A stretch of 64,000 bases of DNA from Candidatus Levybacteria bacterium RIFCSPHIGHO2_01_FULL_41_15 (lineage in GTDB: Bacteria; Patescibacteriota; Microgenomatia; Levybacterales; UBA12049), in assembly GCA_001782165.1 (NCBI GenBank), contig MFNV01000007.1, positions 15,449 through 79,448 on the forward strand. The letters run 5' to 3'. Below the pieces are notes generated by a model, which had not been told where the DNA came from, searched no databases, and saw only the letters and a list, made by a program, of their open reading frames with translations. Position 1 is the stretch's first letter; every line of letters begins with the position of its first letter. This document shows positions 19,623 to 28,342 of this stretch, in pieces. A program made the position numbers and the translations under genes.

Positions 19623-19767
19623 ATTTTTTTTAATATGCGGCAGTGGTTTATTTTAATGGCGACCGCATTCCAAAGTGGAATATGCGGTCTTCTATGATGC
19701 GTAATATAGCAAATATTGTTCGGCCTCTTTGGTGGAGTAATCCCTTTGAAAAAATTACCCAAAAAAT

Positions 19768-21765
19768 CTAAAATCCCAAAACTGTTACCCAACCCAAAGG
19801 CTGACTGCCGCAAAAATTGCTATAAAGGGTAAACGTATAGGAAGTACCCTTATAAATCGTTGCTTGGGCTGCTTGTTCTTGGCCAACAGGCGCAGTTCCG
19901 TAAAAAACCTCCGGGTCAGAGCCGCTTTTGACACATACCCATGGATTTGATCCCGTATCTGCCTGCCAAAAAAGCCAAGTCTTGCAGCTTGTCGCTCCTC
20001 TTTCTACCACACATGGATTATCTGAGGCGGTAATCCGGGTTGAATTGGGAGTACAGGATGCCATTCCTGAAGTACGCCCTGCACGAGCCGCCATAGCCCA
20101 AATCGATCTGTCTGTTATATTTATTTGCCCGTCGGCATTTAAATCATAACGCTGATTATAATTACCACCGCTGGCATTCTTTATCGCCAGCACCATCTTT
20201 GATCTATCCGTAAGATTTATTCTCCGATCGTCATTAACATCAGTCGCTTCCGCATCAGATATCTCATCATCCGTACCGGCAGTCTGCGCACAACTATTCG
20301 CACTCTGGCCTCTAACATAATTTTCAATACAGTTGTTAAAAAACGATTTTTGGCCGTTGGTTTTGCAAAAACCATTGTTTTGTGTTCGAAGAAGACCATA
20401 AGAATCGTTGTCGGAATCGGACTCTACGTCTGCCTTATTGCAAGAAGCTACCTGCATTGCTTTAAACATATTGACTCTGCCATAGCCATAGGTAGAATCA
20501 GGACCGGCCGACCCCAAATCATCAGAGCCGAGCTCCAGTGCTAATTTGATAGTCTCAATATCGGCACACGAAGCCAGAATCGAGGCTATTCCTGCAACAT
20601 GCGGTGCGGCAGCCGATGTTCCCCACATCGGCTCAGGCACGCCTCCGGATATATTCAGCGTTAATACATCACGACCAGGTGCGGCAACCTGTATATAGTC
20701 TTTAAAAGTTGTTGTCTGCCCGCCGCCAAAAGGGTCAACCAAGACATTGCCTGTACATCCAGTCGTCCAATTGTCACCTGAATCAGTACCAACTACTGCA
20801 ATTACTCCATCGTAAGCAGCCGGCAACCCCATGAAACAATCGGGATTATCACCATTTACTGTACTCGCAACAATCAAAACTCCCCTCGCAATCGCATAGG
20901 AAACTGCTCCTTTTAATATTAGATCGTCAGCAAGACCCACAAAGCTTATATTTATGACTTTCAAATATGGATAGTTATCTACAGCCCACTGAATTCCTTG
21001 AGCCATAATGAAATTACTAGACGAATTATTACTATCCCCAATTTTGACTGCTAAAAGCTTTGCGCTCCAATCAACACCGGCTATATCTTGGCTATTATTT
21101 TCCTTTGCTCCCAGAATTCCGGTAACCCATGTACCGTGACCATTATCGTCCATAGAATCGTTATCGTTGTTGATAAAATCCCAGCCATTCAAAACTCTTC
21201 CACCGGGATATAACCCAATATCCGGATGGTTATAGTTAATCCCTGTATCCAAAACAGCAACTGTCACTTCTTTTCTACCGCTTGACGTCTCCCATCCTTC
21301 CGGGGCTTTAATTTTGTTTAGATTCCATTGCTGGCTGAAATTTGGATCATTTGGCACCTTTGAGGTGCCCTTGGCAATTCCATTTAGTCCAACATATTCA
21401 ATATTGGGGTTGTTCTTCAAAGCCTCTTTAACCTGATCACGGCTATTCGGATTAATTTTAACTAAAACTGCACCCAAGGCGGCATCGTCCCGCTTGACTT
21501 CTAAGCCTCGCTCTTCAAGAATTAGCGCCTTTTGGACGTCGCTTGCAGGTTCTTTAAATTTAATAACCAACTCATCGCTAACATATCTTCCCGAAGCATC
21601 AGCTACAATTTGATTATTTTGTCCTACGGCACTTGCTGAATTTGTAGCAGTGGATAGATCAGCCGCAAACACTGTTGCCAAGGCAAGATTTAAAGATAAA
21701 ACTAAGAGCAGTAGATCAATAAGGGTGGGCCGCAAATTTTTAAAAAGAGAAGCGGCGATTTTCAT
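19768..21765 (-). CDS. secreted subtilisin-like serine peptidase (S8) with two dockerin-like Ca-binding repeats and a Cys-rich C-terminal region
   Basis: Signal peptide and the catalytic triad contexts VAVLDTGINYNHPDI / HGTWVTGILGA / GTSAAAPHVAGIAS. The dockerin-type repeats are DVNDDRRINLTDRSKM and DLNADGQINITDRSIW. Confidence 0.8.
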   Translation of the reverse strand: MKIAASLFKNLRPTLIDLLLLVLSLNLALATVFAADLSTATNSASAVGQNNQIVADASGRYVSDELVIKFKEPASDVQKALILEERGLEVKRDDAALGAVLVKINPNSRDQVKEALKNNPNIEYVGLNGIAKGTSKVPNDPNFSQQWNLNKIKAPEGWETSSGRKEVTVAVLDTGINYNHPDIGLYPGGRVLNGWDFINNDNDSMDDNGHGTWVTGILGAKENNSQDIAGVDWSAKLLAVKIGDSNNSSSNFIMAQGIQWAVDNYPYLKVINISFVGLADDLILKGAVSYAIARGVLIVASTVNGDNPDCFMGLPAAYDGVIAVVGTDSGDNWTTGCTGNVLVDPFGGGQTTTFKDYIQVAAPGRDVLTLNISGGVPEPMWGTSAAAPHVAGIASILASCADIETIKLALELGSDDLGSAGPDSTYGYGRVNMFKAMQVASCNKADVESDSDNDSYGLLRTQNNGFCKTNGQKSFFNNCIENYVRGQSANSCAQTAGTDDEISDAEATDVNDDRRINLTDRSKMVLAIKNASGGNYNQRYDLNADGQINITDRSIWAMAARAGRTSGMASCTPNSTRITASDNPCVVERGATSCKTWLFWQADTGSNPWVCVKSGSDPEVFYGTAPVGQEQAAQATIYKGTSYTFTLYSNFCGSQPLGWVTVLGF

Positions 21766-21777
21766 TTTCTTAAAGAG

Positions 21778-22284
21778 TTATTGTCCACTTTGTATCCCTT
21801 CAGGCTGCGCTTTTTCAACAGCTGGATTTTCTTCAAAGTCCTTAAGTAAATCCTCACCTCTGGGCGGATCAAACTGTACAAGAACATACTCTATACCATC
21901 TAAAACAATTCCTCGGGCAATGCAGGCACCATTCTCCTCTAAATCTTTATCGAGAGCAGAAGAATCAGCCCCTTTCTTCAAAGTAACACTCAATTGATTA
22001 TCCAAATAACCGGGATGGTCAGGATCTGGGATTCTTATCTCTTGCGTGCATTTAAAAGCAGGGTCGATCGTTGCAGTTGGGCTAGAAGTGGCTTCAGGAG
22101 TTGGACTATCTGAAGGAGTTGTGGTTGGACTCGGAGTAACTTCCTGGGCTTTTCCGCAGGTAGCAGCCAGTGCAAAAATGACAAATGGCGCAACAATTAA
22201 AACAATACGGTTTAGTTCTCTTTTGTGACTTTGGACCGGCCTACTGTTTTCCTGTCCTAAAACGATTCTTTCCTCCCTCTCCAT
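21778..22284 (-). CDS. hypothetical secreted/lipoprotein-like protein with Pro/Thr-rich linker
   Basis: Signal anchor (IVLIVAPFVIFALAATC), low-complexity TPSPTTTPSDSPTPE, and a C-terminal about 90-aa globular region. It lies 12 nt upstream of the S8-dockerin protease gene. Confidence 0.4.
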   Translation of the reverse strand: MEREERIVLGQENSRPVQSHKRELNRIVLIVAPFVIFALAATCGKAQEVTPSPTTTPSDSPTPEATSSPTATIDPAFKCTQEIRIPDPDHPGYLDNQLSVTLKKGADSSALDKDLEENGACIARGIVLDGIEYVLVQFDPPRGEDLLKDFEENPAVEKAQPEGIQSGQ

Positions 22285-22314
22285 CTTACGGGCTCAGTTA
22301 TACGCCTTTTCGCC

Positions 22315-23325
22315 TCAAAAGTCAAACTTTCTTAACTCCTCTTCTATAAACCCGTCTAGCTCTCCGCTTAAAACCGCATCTGTATTTGAAGTCTCAAAAC
22401 CAGTTCTTAGATCTTTTACCATATGGTATGGGTGAAGAACATATGAGCGAATCTGGTTACCCCAACCAGGAGTTTTATATCCTCCTTTAAGTTTTGCTTC
22501 TTTCCTCCTACGCTCTTCTTCTTTTAAAACAAAGAGCTTTGCACGGAGCATTTTAAGTGCGTATTCTCTGTTTTGAGCCTGATATCTCTGTGCCTGAGCT
22601 GTTACAACAATGCCAGTGGGCCTATGTTTAAGTCTCACCGCTGTTGAAACCTTCTGTACGTTTTGACCTCCGTGAGAACTTGCTCTGAAGAATCCCCACT
22701 CTAAATCATCCTCTTTGATATCAACTTTTTCCTCTTCTCCTACTTCCGGCATCACCTCGACCAAAGCAAAGGAAGTGTGCCTTGCCTTATCTGCGTTAAA
22801 AGGAGAAAGTCTTACAAGTCTATGAACTCCTGCTTCACCCCTGAGATATCCGTATGCGTATTTTCCGTTAACTTCAATTACCGCACTTTTTATTCCTGCC
22901 TCTTCCCCCGGCGTTTCTTCGATTACCTCAAAATCCCATCCTTTTTTTTCAAAATATCGGCAGTACATTCTAAAAAGCATCTGTGCCCAATCCATTGCCT
23001 CAACCCCTCCCTGCCCTGCATGAATAGAAAGAATTGCAGGTTTTTCATCATAAGGACCCGAAAGATAAATCAACTTCTCAAGATCTTTTAGTAGCTTTTC
23101 GGCTTCTTGATAATCTCCTTTTGAAACCAGTCCCGCAAGTTCCTCTGTCCTCTCGACTTGTCTCTGAAGATCTGAAAGTTCTTTCATTTTTAAAGAGGCG
23201 GTTTTTTGGTCCTTCCAGAACTCAGGATGCGCGCTTTCTGCCTCAAGCTCTCGCATTTTCTTTCTTTTTTCCTCGATATTTAGTTTTTCCAAAATTTTTT
23301 TTGTCCGGGTCTTAATTTCATCCAT
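22315..23325 (-). CDS. prfB: peptide chain release factor 2
   Basis: SPF tripeptide (RF2-specific) and GGQ motif (SSHGGQNVQKV). The ORF is contiguous, with no +1 frameshift site. The internal Met (MDEIKTR) is taken as the start. Confidence 0.85.
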   Translation of the reverse strand: MDEIKTRTKKILEKLNIEEKRKKMRELEAESAHPEFWKDQKTASLKMKELSDLQRQVERTEELAGLVSKGDYQEAEKLLKDLEKLIYLSGPYDEKPAILSIHAGQGGVEAMDWAQMLFRMYCRYFEKKGWDFEVIEETPGEEAGIKSAVIEVNGKYAYGYLRGEAGVHRLVRLSPFNADKARHTSFALVEVMPEVGEEEKVDIKEDDLEWGFFRASSHGGQNVQKVSTAVRLKHRPTGIVVTAQAQRYQAQNREYALKMLRAKLFVLKEEERRRKEAKLKGGYKTPGWGNQIRSYVLHPYHMVKDLRTGFETSNTDAVLSGELDGFIEEELRKFDF

Positions 23326-23329
23326 GGTA

Positions 23330-24592
23330 TTAAAAGATAAAGGTCGAAAATAGAATAAGACTTGCAACACTCATCATCAAAAGCGTGAATATCCCTAAAA
23401 CATTTAACCCGAAATTATTGGTCCTGTCTCCCATAATTTTTTTGTTATTTGATATAAAAATTATAATCGCTATAAGAGGAGAGGCTATTATACCATTCAA
23501 TACGGCCGTATAGTAGAGAGCGGAGATCGGATTAATTCCAATGAAATTAATCAAAAGACCCAAAAGCGTTGCTATTATGATTACTCCGTAAAATCCCTGG
23601 GCTTTTTTAAGTTTCTGAAAAAGGCCCTCTTTCCATCCAAAAGCCTCGGAAACCGCATAAGAGGCAGATCCTGCAAGAATAGGAAGAGCAAGAAGGCCTG
23701 TGCCTATTATTCCCAGGGCAAACAGCAAAAAAGCAAAATCTCCTGCAAGAGGCTTAAGGGCCAAAGCCGCTTCCTCTGCTGTCTCTATGTTATTTATTCC
23801 GTTTGCAAAAAGTGTCGCGCCCGTCGTAACAATGATAAACCACATAATAATGTTTGAGAAAAACATGCCGACTATCGTATCTATTCGGAGTCTTGAAATA
23901 TCTTTGGGGGTTACATGAGGTAATCCCGCTCCCATTCTTCTTAACTTATGATGGGAAACCTCTTCCTCAACCTCCTCGTCTGCCTGCCAAAAAAAAAGAT
24001 AAGGTGAAATCGTAGTTCCCAAAATAGCAACAAGATTTAAGATGTATTTTTCACTAAACTCAAGATGAGGAACGAAAGTATAAGACGACACTTTTCCCCA
24101 ATCAACTTTTACAACAAAGGATGTCAGTACATAAGATAAAAGAGCAAAAGTCAGATACTTAAGATACTTGGAATAAGTTTTATAGGAAACAAAAACTTCA
24201 AGAGCCAAAGATATCGCTACCACAAGAAGAAGAGCAATAATAAATGGAATGCCGAAAACCAAATTTGCTGAAGCAGCCATTGCGCCAAGATCCGCTCCGA
24301 TATTTACAATATTTGCAAATAGAAGAAGAAAAACCGAAAAATATAAAACTTTTTTGGGATAATTATCTCTGATAACCCCTGCAAGACCTTTGCCGGTAAC
24401 AAGTCCGATTCTTCCGCACATTTCTTGAACAGCCGCCATAAGAGGGAAAGAAAATAGCGCTGTCCAAGCCTGGGCAAATCCAAAGATGGCTCCGGTTTGG
24501 GAATATGTAGCAATGCCTGACGGGTCATCATCAGAAGCCCCTGTTATAAACCCGGGTCCAAGAAACGAAAATATTTTCTTAATCTTTCTCAT
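23330..24592 (-). CDS. mntH: NRAMP-family divalent metal transporter
   Basis: GPGFITGASDDDPSGIATYSQTGA N-terminal signature and 11-12 TM helices. Confidence 0.8.
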   Translation of the reverse strand: MRKIKKIFSFLGPGFITGASDDDPSGIATYSQTGAIFGFAQAWTALFSFPLMAAVQEMCGRIGLVTGKGLAGVIRDNYPKKVLYFSVFLLLFANIVNIGADLGAMAASANLVFGIPFIIALLLVVAISLALEVFVSYKTYSKYLKYLTFALLSYVLTSFVVKVDWGKVSSYTFVPHLEFSEKYILNLVAILGTTISPYLFFWQADEEVEEEVSHHKLRRMGAGLPHVTPKDISRLRIDTIVGMFFSNIIMWFIIVTTGATLFANGINNIETAEEAALALKPLAGDFAFLLFALGIIGTGLLALPILAGSASYAVSEAFGWKEGLFQKLKKAQGFYGVIIIATLLGLLINFIGINPISALYYTAVLNGIIASPLIAIIIFISNNKKIMGDRTNNFGLNVLGIFTLLMMSVASLILFSTFIF

Positions 24593-25286
24593 CTTTTTGT
24601 CTTAAAATATAAAATGCTATAAGAGTGCCTGAATTAATCATACCATGAGCAACTACTGATCCTGCTATATTTCCTGAGTAAAATCTTATCAAAGAAAAAG
24701 TTAATCCCCCAATAAACATCAGCAAGATAACGCCCAGAAAAGCAGCGTATTGAAAATGTAAAATGCGTATAGTAAATTTTATGCTCGGCCAGACAAGTCT
24801 TGTGATAGAAACTATGTGCCATATTGCAAAAACTAAACTTGAAAATAAAATAGAATTAAATGGACTCATAATTTCCTGAAATCGCGCAAGAATAATGCCT
24901 CTATGTACTATTTCCTCAAAAATTACCGTTCCTATTAAAATATGAACAAAAACTCCGAACATAAGCGTTTGAGGAGATTTTAGAAAGAAAAATCTGGGAT
25001 CTTTAAACTTGATTCTTCTGCCTAGATTTATAATAAGCAAAATACCGATTAGAAGTGTTAAAAACCCTATAATTAAACCTAGGAAAATGCTACTCAAAAG
25101 GTTGAATGGTGAAATTCCAAGAGAAGAAAATTCTAAATCTCGATTTAAAATAAGTAAAATAATCAGGAATATTAGGTTTATGGGTGTATATAATTTAAAC
25201 CTGTAAAGAATTTTATACGGTAGGAGATTTACTAAAGAACTATAGAGCACAACCAATACTGCGACAGACAGAGGACTAGACAACAT
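24579..25286 (-). CDS. CPBP (CAAX protease / Abi) family intramembrane metalloprotease
   Basis: EEIVHRG motif 1 and AIWH motif in a polytopic membrane protein. Confidence 0.65.
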   Translation of the reverse strand: MLSSPLSVAVLVVLYSSLVNLLPYKILYRFKLYTPINLIFLIILLILNRDLEFSSLGISPFNLLSSIFLGLIIGFLTLLIGILLIINLGRRIKFKDPRFFFLKSPQTLMFGVFVHILIGTVIFEEIVHRGIILARFQEIMSPFNSILFSSLVFAIWHIVSITRLVWPSIKFTIRILHFQYAAFLGVILLMFIGGLTFSLIRFYSGNIAGSVVAHGMINSGTLIAFYILRQKDEKD

Positions 25287-25301
25287 ATAAGCTTGTTTGT
25301 T

Positions 25302-25691
25302 TTAGAAACTCTTACAGATATTCATGCAAGCTTCCCTTGCTTGATTTCTTGGTAAATCTTGCAACGCTTTAATATCATTAACTAAATTTTGTATTTGAGG
25401 AGAGGAAGAAGCAATCTCTTCAAGGTTTATGTTTGCCGCCTGCTCCTTAATGGCGTCTACTTGTTTTCGGACATCTTCTTCAAAATCCTGAGCCGATAAA
25501 ACTTTAGAATGTTCGGATTGAGTTTTCGTAGCTAAATTTTGAGATTTTTTATCTTTCAGAATATCGCTATTGAAAGCGTAAAAAAAGCCTGCTCCGATTG
25601 TTAAAACAGACAAAAGGGCCAGAAATACTCTTTTCTTATTCCAAGACTCCTCAAAAAACTCCTCTTTATTTTTACCCAGATTTCTCATCAA
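25302..25691 (-). CDS. hypothetical membrane-anchored protein
   Basis: 129 aa with one TM helix after a charged N-terminus. Confidence 0.35.
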   Translation of the reverse strand: MMRNLGKNKEEFFEESWNKKRVFLALLSVLTIGAGFFYAFNSDILKDKKSQNLATKTQSEHSKVLSAQDFEEDVRKQVDAIKEQAANINLEEIASSSPQIQNLVNDIKALQDLPRNQAREACMNICKSF

Positions 25692-25749
25692 GCTTATTGT
25701 AAGTTATCACTTTTCCTTTTGCAATTGAATTTAGTGATATAATGAGGTT

Positions 25750-26085
25750 GTGAATCTTAAAAATTTACAAGGAAAGATTAAGTTATTAAACGAGAAAACA
25801 AGACCCCATTACAGGCTTTATTCTCAAACCGAGAAAGAAATTCTTACAAAAACTGTAAAGTTAAATGAGGAGGTCGGAGAACTTGCAAATGATATTTTAT
25901 CTGTTTTGAAACTTCAAAGGCGGGCAAAGCTTGAGAAGTTTGATAAAAGAAACATTTACGAGGAGTTTGCCGATGTAATAATAACGACAATCCAGCTTGC
26001 CCAAGCGGCAGGAGTCGATATTGAAAGAGCAATAGGTGATAAATTAAAAAAAATAGAAATGAAATATCTGAGAGGCAAAAAATGA
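25750..26085 (+). CDS. MazG-like nucleotide pyrophosphohydrolase (small all-alpha NTP-PPase)
   Basis: EEVGELA and EEFADVI motif pair typical of the MazG/HisE-like fold. Apparent GTG start at 25750, directly after a TATAAT at 25738-25743. Confidence 0.55.
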   Translation: MNLKNLQGKIKLLNEKTRPHYRLYSQTEKEILTKTVKLNEEVGELANDILSVLKLQRRAKLEKFDKRNIYEEFADVIITTIQLAQAAGVDIERAIGDKLKKIEMKYLRGKK

Positions 26086-26372
26086 AATTAGACAAAGTTT
26101 TTGAAATAGTTTCAAAAATTCCAAAAGGAAAAGTAATGACCTATGGACAAATTGCTAAAATTTTAGATACTAATCCGCGCCTTGTTGGTTTTGCACTTCA
26201 TAGAAATAAAGACATAGAAAAAGTGCCATGTCATAGAGTGGTAAAATCAGACGGACACCTCGCAACAGGTTATGCACACGGAGGAATAGAAAAACAACGG
26301 GATAAACTTGAACAAGAAGGAATACTTTTTGCAGGCAATCGGATAGACCTTCAAAAATCTCTTTTTAGTTAA
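26082..26372 (+). CDS. MGMT-family protein (O6-alkylguanine-DNA alkyltransferase DNA-binding/active-site domain only)
   Basis: VPCHRVV active-site motif with preceding helix-turn-helix. 96 aa. The 4-nt overlap with the MazG-like gene suggests an operon. Confidence 0.65.
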   Translation: MKLDKVFEIVSKIPKGKVMTYGQIAKILDTNPRLVGFALHRNKDIEKVPCHRVVKSDGHLATGYAHGGIEKQRDKLEQEGILFAGNRIDLQKSLFS

Positions 26373-26807
26373 ATGGAAACTGCAAAAAGTCTTAAGGAAA
26401 AATTTGGTCCTCCAAAAAACGTAAATGTTGAACACCGAAAAAAACTATCAAGTCTTGATAAGCTTGCCCTCTTTGTTACAAGGAGGATTGGTACCCCGGG
26501 TTTCTTTCTTATAATTTTTATATGGACGATTGGCTGGTGATCCTGGAATATTTTTGCACCGGCAAACTATAAATTTGATCCTTATCCTGCACTTGTATTA
26601 TGGCTTTTTATTTCAAATCTAATTCAGCTCCACCTTCTCCCTCTTATAATGATCGGGCAAAATATAGAAGCCAAACACGCCCAACTTCGGGCGGAACATG
26701 ATTTTGAAATAGATAGAAAATCTGAAAAAGAAATAGAAACTATTCTAGTGCATCTTGAAAAACAGGAAAAACTTATGCAGCAGGTCTTAAAGAAGCTTAA
26801 GAAGTAG
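26373..26807 (+). pseudogene. DUF1003-family membrane protein gene interrupted by an in-frame TGA (26538-26540)
   Basis: ATG at 26373 immediately follows the TAA of the previous gene. One frame encodes METAKSLKEKFG...FFLIIFIWTIGW-[TGA]-SWNIFAPANYKFDPYPALVLWLFISNLIQLHLLPLIMIGQNIEAKHAQLRAEHDFEID... Both halves match the DUF1003 consensus (two TM helices, then the D/E-rich tail). Confidence 0.5.
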
Positions 26808-27570
26808 AATGACCGTTTCTTGCTCCTTTGGCAAGAATCCGGCCAACATGTTCGTAAACAAAGGGGTTCCACGGATATGTACCGTGCTTACTTGATACTT
26901 CAATGTTTTCCGTCGCACGGGGATCTCCAAAATCTTCTTTATGAAAAGCCCCGTCAGCACTGCCATATATACAGTACATTTTTACCCCTTCGGGTATCGG
27001 CATTCCAGGAAGCGCATCTAGCATTTCTTCCGAAAATTTGTCTACTTCAATCAATGCAGTTCCAAAGGCTCTAATAGCAGGATGGGCATCCTTACGGATA
27101 TTTGTCCTTGTATCTGTACCCATTGTGATTATTGTATGTACCAAATCAGGCCGGAAAATACCCACCACTTCTGCATAAATTCCGCCTAAGCTCCAGCCTG
27201 CGACTGTAGCTTTCTGTCCTGTCTCCAAAACTGCTTTCTCAAGACGGCTTACCATTCCTTCCATATGTCTCCATGGATCTCTATTCCAAATTATTCCTGA
27301 TCTCACAGCCATATATCCAATTCTTATAGCCCAGTTATGCATTTCCTCCATATGTCCATCTGATCCACTAAGGCCAGGAACAAACATCACTGGACTACCA
27401 TCCCCTCTTGCTATCCCTTCGCCTCGATAAACAGGGTGAAAAGGAAGTAACCAAGCAGGATCTACAGGTATTATTTCGTACCATAGAGATCTTTGTCTCG
27501 AAGGAGGATTAAGGTCTACATGACCGTTCGGAGAAGGCCGAAAATCTTTTTCTGCTGGCGCGAACGCCAT
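26797..27570 (-). CDS. alpha/beta-hydrolase fold protein (GWSLGG nucleophile elbow), paralog B
   Basis: GxSxG motif and alpha/beta-hydrolase length. About 30% identity by eye to the adjacent gene over the whole length. Confidence 0.55.
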   Translation of the reverse strand: MAFAPAEKDFRPSPNGHVDLNPPSRQRSLWYEIIPVDPAWLLPFHPVYRGEGIARGDGSPVMFVPGLSGSDGHMEEMHNWAIRIGYMAVRSGIIWNRDPWRHMEGMVSRLEKAVLETGQKATVAGWSLGGIYAEVVGIFRPDLVHTIITMGTDTRTNIRKDAHPAIRAFGTALIEVDKFSEEMLDALPGMPIPEGVKMYCIYGSADGAFHKEDFGDPRATENIEVSSKHGTYPWNPFVYEHVGRILAKGARNGHSTS

Positions 27571-27601
27571 AAAATAAGTCCTTATTTATCTAATATACCT
27601 T

Positions 27602-28288
27602 TTAAGCTGCTTTGTCAATAGGAGTCTTAAGAACCGATGTTATTTTTTCAAAAACTTTTGGGTTCCTATAAAGATTCCTGTGTGGCCCATCAACTTCAAT
27701 ATCCATATTCGACCTTTTATCTCCTGAGCAATCCTTCCAATCAAAAGCTTCATCATCTCTGGTGTACATACAGATTAAATTATAGTCGAATGGCATCGAA
27801 GTTATTGGAATCGCACTTAGAAAACTATCATAAGATCTATTACCATTGATAATCGCTTTAGCTATCTCTTTGTATCTCCCTTTTGCAGCCTCAGCTATAT
27901 GCCTTCTTATAGGAGTCCCAATAAGAATAACTCTTCGAATCTTTTCTGGCCGATACATTGCCGATACAAATACGTAAATTCCAGCAAGACTCAGTCCGAT
28001 CATAGTAATTTCTCGTCCAGTTTCTTCGAAAACTTCATCAATTCTTGCAATAATTCTTAGAATATCTCCCCTGGGGTCCCTTATGTCTCCTTTTTCAATA
28101 CCTGAATCAAAAGCAGGATGCCCCTGACTGTTAATCCAATCCCTCATACTTGCCATATTCATATCTGACCTTCCAACTGGGGGAACAACTATAATAGGAT
28201 CGCCAGGAATGGGCGATTTTTCTTGAACTCCAACTGCTCCATTTTCTGAAAATAATACTCTTTTTGCGGTTTCTGCAGGATGAACCAT
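27602..28288 (-). CDS. alpha/beta-hydrolase fold protein (GLSLAG nucleophile elbow), paralog A
   Basis: Collinear with the downstream paralog (VPPVGRSD/VPGLSGSD; GLSLAGIY/GWSLGGIY; DIEVDGPHRNLYRNPKVFEKI/NIEVSSKHGTYPWNPFVYEHV). Confidence 0.55.
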   Translation of the reverse strand: MVHPAETAKRVLFSENGAVGVQEKSPIPGDPIIVVPPVGRSDMNMASMRDWINSQGHPAFDSGIEKGDIRDPRGDILRIIARIDEVFEETGREITMIGLSLAGIYVFVSAMYRPEKIRRVILIGTPIRRHIAEAAKGRYKEIAKAIINGNRSYDSFLSAIPITSMPFDYNLICMYTRDDEAFDWKDCSGDKRSNMDIEVDGPHRNLYRNPKVFEKITSVLKTPIDKAA

Positions 28289-28324
28289 TTTGAGAATCTA
28301 TCATTATTATAGCCCAAAGTCAAC

Positions 28325-28338
28325 AATCCAGCCAGTGG
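28325..28338. promoter_or_regulatory. conserved upstream motif AATCCAGCCAGTGG (copy 1), 37-50 nt upstream of the hydrolase operon start
   Basis: Identical 14-mer also at 30073-30086 in the equivalent position upstream of the S8-PA14 gene. Confidence 0.4.
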
Positions 28339-28342
28339 TATT

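Noticed and set aside
22315-23370. Programmed +1 frameshift site in prfB
   Set aside because: Looked for a short upstream ORF ending in TGA followed by an out-of-frame continuation. The gene is a single uninterrupted ORF.
26538-26540. Genome-wide UGA reassignment (code 25/4-like) as explanation for the in-frame TGA
   Set aside because: Many genes in the window terminate at TGA in conserved positions (for example the ATGA overlap at 16345 and the stops of ugd and rfbB), and an RF2 with the SPF motif is encoded. A local event is more likely.
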